Positions 60,881 to 64,000 of a stretch of 64,000 nt of DNA are shown piece after piece (the stretch's first letter is position 1; each line of letters begins with the position of its first letter). The translations under genes and the position numbers were made by a program. Source of the stretch: Raillietiella orientalis. Its lineage: Eukaryota. The notes beneath the pieces were generated by a model. That model did not search any database, was not told the DNA's origin, and saw nothing but the letters and a program-made list of their open reading frames with translations. The DNA is taken from assembly GCA_036172245.1 (NCBI GenBank), contig JAYWIR010000093.1, positions 62,001-126,000 on the forward strand. The letters run 5' to 3'.

Positions 60881-61614
60881 TTCCCAAAGGCAGCAGCATG
60901 ATTGATTGCTTCACTTTCATGTTCGAGGCTTGGTAGCAGTATCTCTCGTATTTATCTCTCGGTGTCATGTCATCTGTCACGGCCTGGTCAGCATAAAAGT
61001 AGTCGTAGAGTTTCCTATTTTCCTATTATCCCTGTGCTATGTGCTCTTGCGGACCATCATGCACGATGCATTAACCTTATCTTCTTCTAGCTGCTGGACA
61101 ATTTTCCATAGTTTCGGTCTTGTACAAATGGACATCGAATAGGCAATTGACCTTATGAAGAGTCCGGTGAGCGTATCGTGGGCTGTCGAATGCTCTCGAC
61201 ATTTCGGAACCAACCTTTCTGCGAAAAGGTCAGCCACTACCTGAGGGGGGACTTTCTTGCTTTCCACGGTTTGTAATGCTTGCGTTACGCGCTCCGTATT
61301 GGCACACAAATGTCACACACCTCTGTGTAGAGCGTGCACGCCGAATGAGTTGCTGCTATTTCTCCTGAGCGGAGATGAGACACAGAGCAAGGATGGAGAC
61401 TCACCGTCCGCGAGATGCACGGCTGCACCGGGGATGAGCCGATCGGCCCCCCTTGGGTGGCAGTGGTGCTCTTCAGCCGTTTGACCAAAGTGTGGTGACG
61501 GCGAGATGCATTCCTTGGCAACCAAACGATCAATGACGCGTCACGCGGAGCTCCCTGAATCTCCTTCTGCGTGGCATCAGGGATGATTCCCTTCACTCTG
61601 CCTACATATCTGGC
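60881..61614 (-). repeat. Inverted near-identical duplicate of 24576-25309 (bunya-like L fragment); coding-like sequence continues to ~61960
   Basis: ~734 bp colinear reverse complement with scattered substitutions; same micro-duplications. Confidence 0.95.
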
Positions 61615-62449
61615 AAGCGCAATAATTATGTCAACAGGTATGTGCTTCGAAAACACGCTGCGTGCTGTCGGCACGTAGATAATCCACTTTAGGAAGTGCA
61701 TTTTACACTCATAGGTATAAAAGACAATCTTATCATAAGGAACCTATATCAGCGCGTTGATTCGAAATCGAAAAATGCTCTCCTGAAAAATTTCTGCACA
61801 TTAAGTTCATCGGATATATTCAGTTATCCCATGTTGTCACCAATACCATTCCTGTGCCATGGTCTTGCAGACCAATTCAGCATTTGCAACACGGTTTCGT
61901 ACAATGTCACTATATGGTAAGTGTACAGAAAAATACCGCACGACTGGACCGTGGAAGGGATGGGCTTTTACCACCGGATGGCATCCTCAGCTGGATAGTG
62001 ACTATCTTTAACAGCATCCTTGAACCCACTGACACGGCTCCCTGCAACTTGGCTGCCTTGGACGCGTGCGTGGGAAGCTTCGACTGGTGTCATGGCAACG
62101 TCGCATTGCTGTGGTTTTCCACCCGAGTAAGCCGAAGCTTTTATTATTAAAATTTTTACATAGAAAAATTCCATAATGAAGTCATCTTTTTGGTCTTTTT
62201 GGCTTTTGTTCTTCAGTCAGAACACATCGTTCTGATTGCCTTGAGGCACTTGTCCTTACCGACCCGCAGGCCGGAAAGGTCCTCATTGCTGTGGAAGAAA
62301 GAGCGAGTAGCGCCCCAGCGTTGCTGTGGTTCCCTTCTTGCCTTCCTATTAATTACTTTTCGTATTCTTGGGTATACTTCATTTGCATCTTTTAACAGTC
62401 TTGATATACTTTGATACCTTGACTAAACTAAATTGTTACATTTCTTTAT

Positions 62450-63050
62450 CATGAAATGAAATATTCAGTGACACCGAACTCTCATCAAGTTCAATTATTG
62501 ACCCAGTATCAGCAGTTCTATCAAGGCAGTCTAAGAAACCTTCAACTCGTTCTTTCATTTTATGATCACATGCCTGAAAGTAAGCAGGTAAGGGGATATT
62601 TGTGGTCCAGAACAGGAATCATGAATCTGCAGACTGGTTATCACCTTGTCCGATAATGTATCTCTTTATACCTATTCTTCTCTCTATTAAGAAAGTGAAA
62701 TGCAGTTGTCGCTAATGTCCGCCCTTCATAGTGCCACCCCTTCAACTCATCTGGATGTCAAAACCAGTATCTCACTTCCTGCTGGACTTCATTCTGGGTC
62801 ATTTCGAAAAAGCATTCGGGCGGATTTCGGTCAGCAGCAAGGATGATCATAGATTCTTCGAAGTATTGGCGTGTCTATGTGCATAGTCCGGTTGTACGAA
62901 ATATATCATCAGTTGATTGGAAAATGGGATGTACAAATATCCAACTCCAACACATTCCAGCTCTTTCATCAATCCCTCACCTGCTGACGGAGTCCTTATG
63001 CGAGGGCTCCAGGGTGAAGACATACAACTTCTGGGGCGACTATACAATCA
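62450..63050 (+). pseudogene. Possible mononegavirus-like L protein capping-domain fragment
   Basis: RGYLWSRTG resembles the YLGS(K/R)T GxxT motif (TGG vs GGG, one change); no intact HR motif seen. Confidence 0.3.
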
Positions 63051-64000
63051 TTAACGGTTTTCTCCCTCTGTAATTAGCACTTGTGCAAGGGTTCCCTTTT
63101 GTTCTGCTGGCGTTCTTCCTGTTCAAAGCTTTCGTAAGAAACCAAATTTGCAGATGGTATTTTTTTTCGAGGCAGTGCAGTTCTTGTTGGCACTGCTTCT
63201 CGGGTTTGCTCCTTTGCTTCGGCGCTTTCGTTTGGCTACTGCTCATACTATATATTGGTCGTGTACAAATACATCCTTCAGTCTTGGGGGTTCCATCTCT
63301 TAAAGGTGCTCTCCGATAGAGTATCGCAGTGGAGGCAACGTATTTTGTTTCTTCTTCCACTTCATCAAGTGGGAGAGCCACTCTCGAGAGCAGGTTAAAG
63401 TGGTCCTCTTCGTGTTTCCGCTCCACTCCTGAGGAGGGTTTCATATCAAAGTCACCTTTGATGCTCGCATGCCCTTACTGTATCACCAAATATCTCCTTT
63501 CCCCGTCAAAAACTGGCCGAATCGCTTATGTTTTTCTGCAGCAGGCATCAATTGGGGAGCATCGCTGCCGTCATCCGAATTTGCAGCGCTCTTTTGCCTC
63601 TGTTTCTGAAACCATGTTGGAACGCAGGTGGTTCGTACAGTGGCAAAGATAAGTTTTCTTGAAGACACTGTTCAGTATCGCTCGGGAGTTTCTATAATAT
63701 CTCAAAGTTTCCCAAGGAAGTTTATCTTTTGCACGCTGCGTACCACGTTTTCCCGTCGGTGAGACGGTAAGCTGTTCTTTGGGGGACTTTCATCAAAAGT
63801 GCTCACATCAAAATGAATTTGTGATCATAGACTTCTCCTTCCACTCTCATTCGCAAATTAACTGATTCATGTGGTTTTCTTGTGATGTTTTTTCTGATGG
63901 TGAATTAACTAATCAGTGTGAGTTCAATGCCTCCTGACAATATTGGTTTAGGGTGCCGTCTGAATCACCAAACGACATCGTTGGTTATTGTGACACTGGC

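Noticed and set aside
24576..61614. Giant TIR element (Polinton/Maverick-like) bounded by the inverted repeat
   Set aside because: No TSD or characteristic termini, the repeat is coding-like and continues past its ends, and no polB, integrase or capsid was recognised inside.

Overview
Eukaryotic (probably animal) repeat-dense DNA; I recognise no host gene. 1-21.9 kb is a nested stack of APE-RT non-LTR retrotransposons (L1/Tx1-like: zinc-knuckle ORF1, endonuclease + RT + C-terminal Zn-finger ORF2) that can be unpicked from target-site duplications (TSDs). E (11091-16993) sits in D (7737-19311), which sits in C (3555-20693). C sits head-to-tail with its same-family copy B at one 14-bp site, the KAFD-coding motif of another LINE's RT. 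A interrupts B. These families share a 5' GGACGTGTTTT motif, a TAATG ORF1/ORF2 overlap (C, E, F) and an AATAAA-hairpin-short-A 3' end without a long poly(A). 22-64 kb is a mosaic of decayed fragments: a second LINE family (30.6-36.1 kb), short LINE 3' pieces, a Tigger/pogo remnant, an AT-rich minisatellite and repeated unknown protein fragments. It also holds a probable endogenised bunyavirus-like L (RdRp) segment, present as a ~730-bp inverted duplication 36 kb apart, plus weaker virus-like pieces. Overall it looks like a TE/endogenous viral element (EVE) trap (piRNA-cluster-like or centromeric). All calls are by eye; no database search was run.
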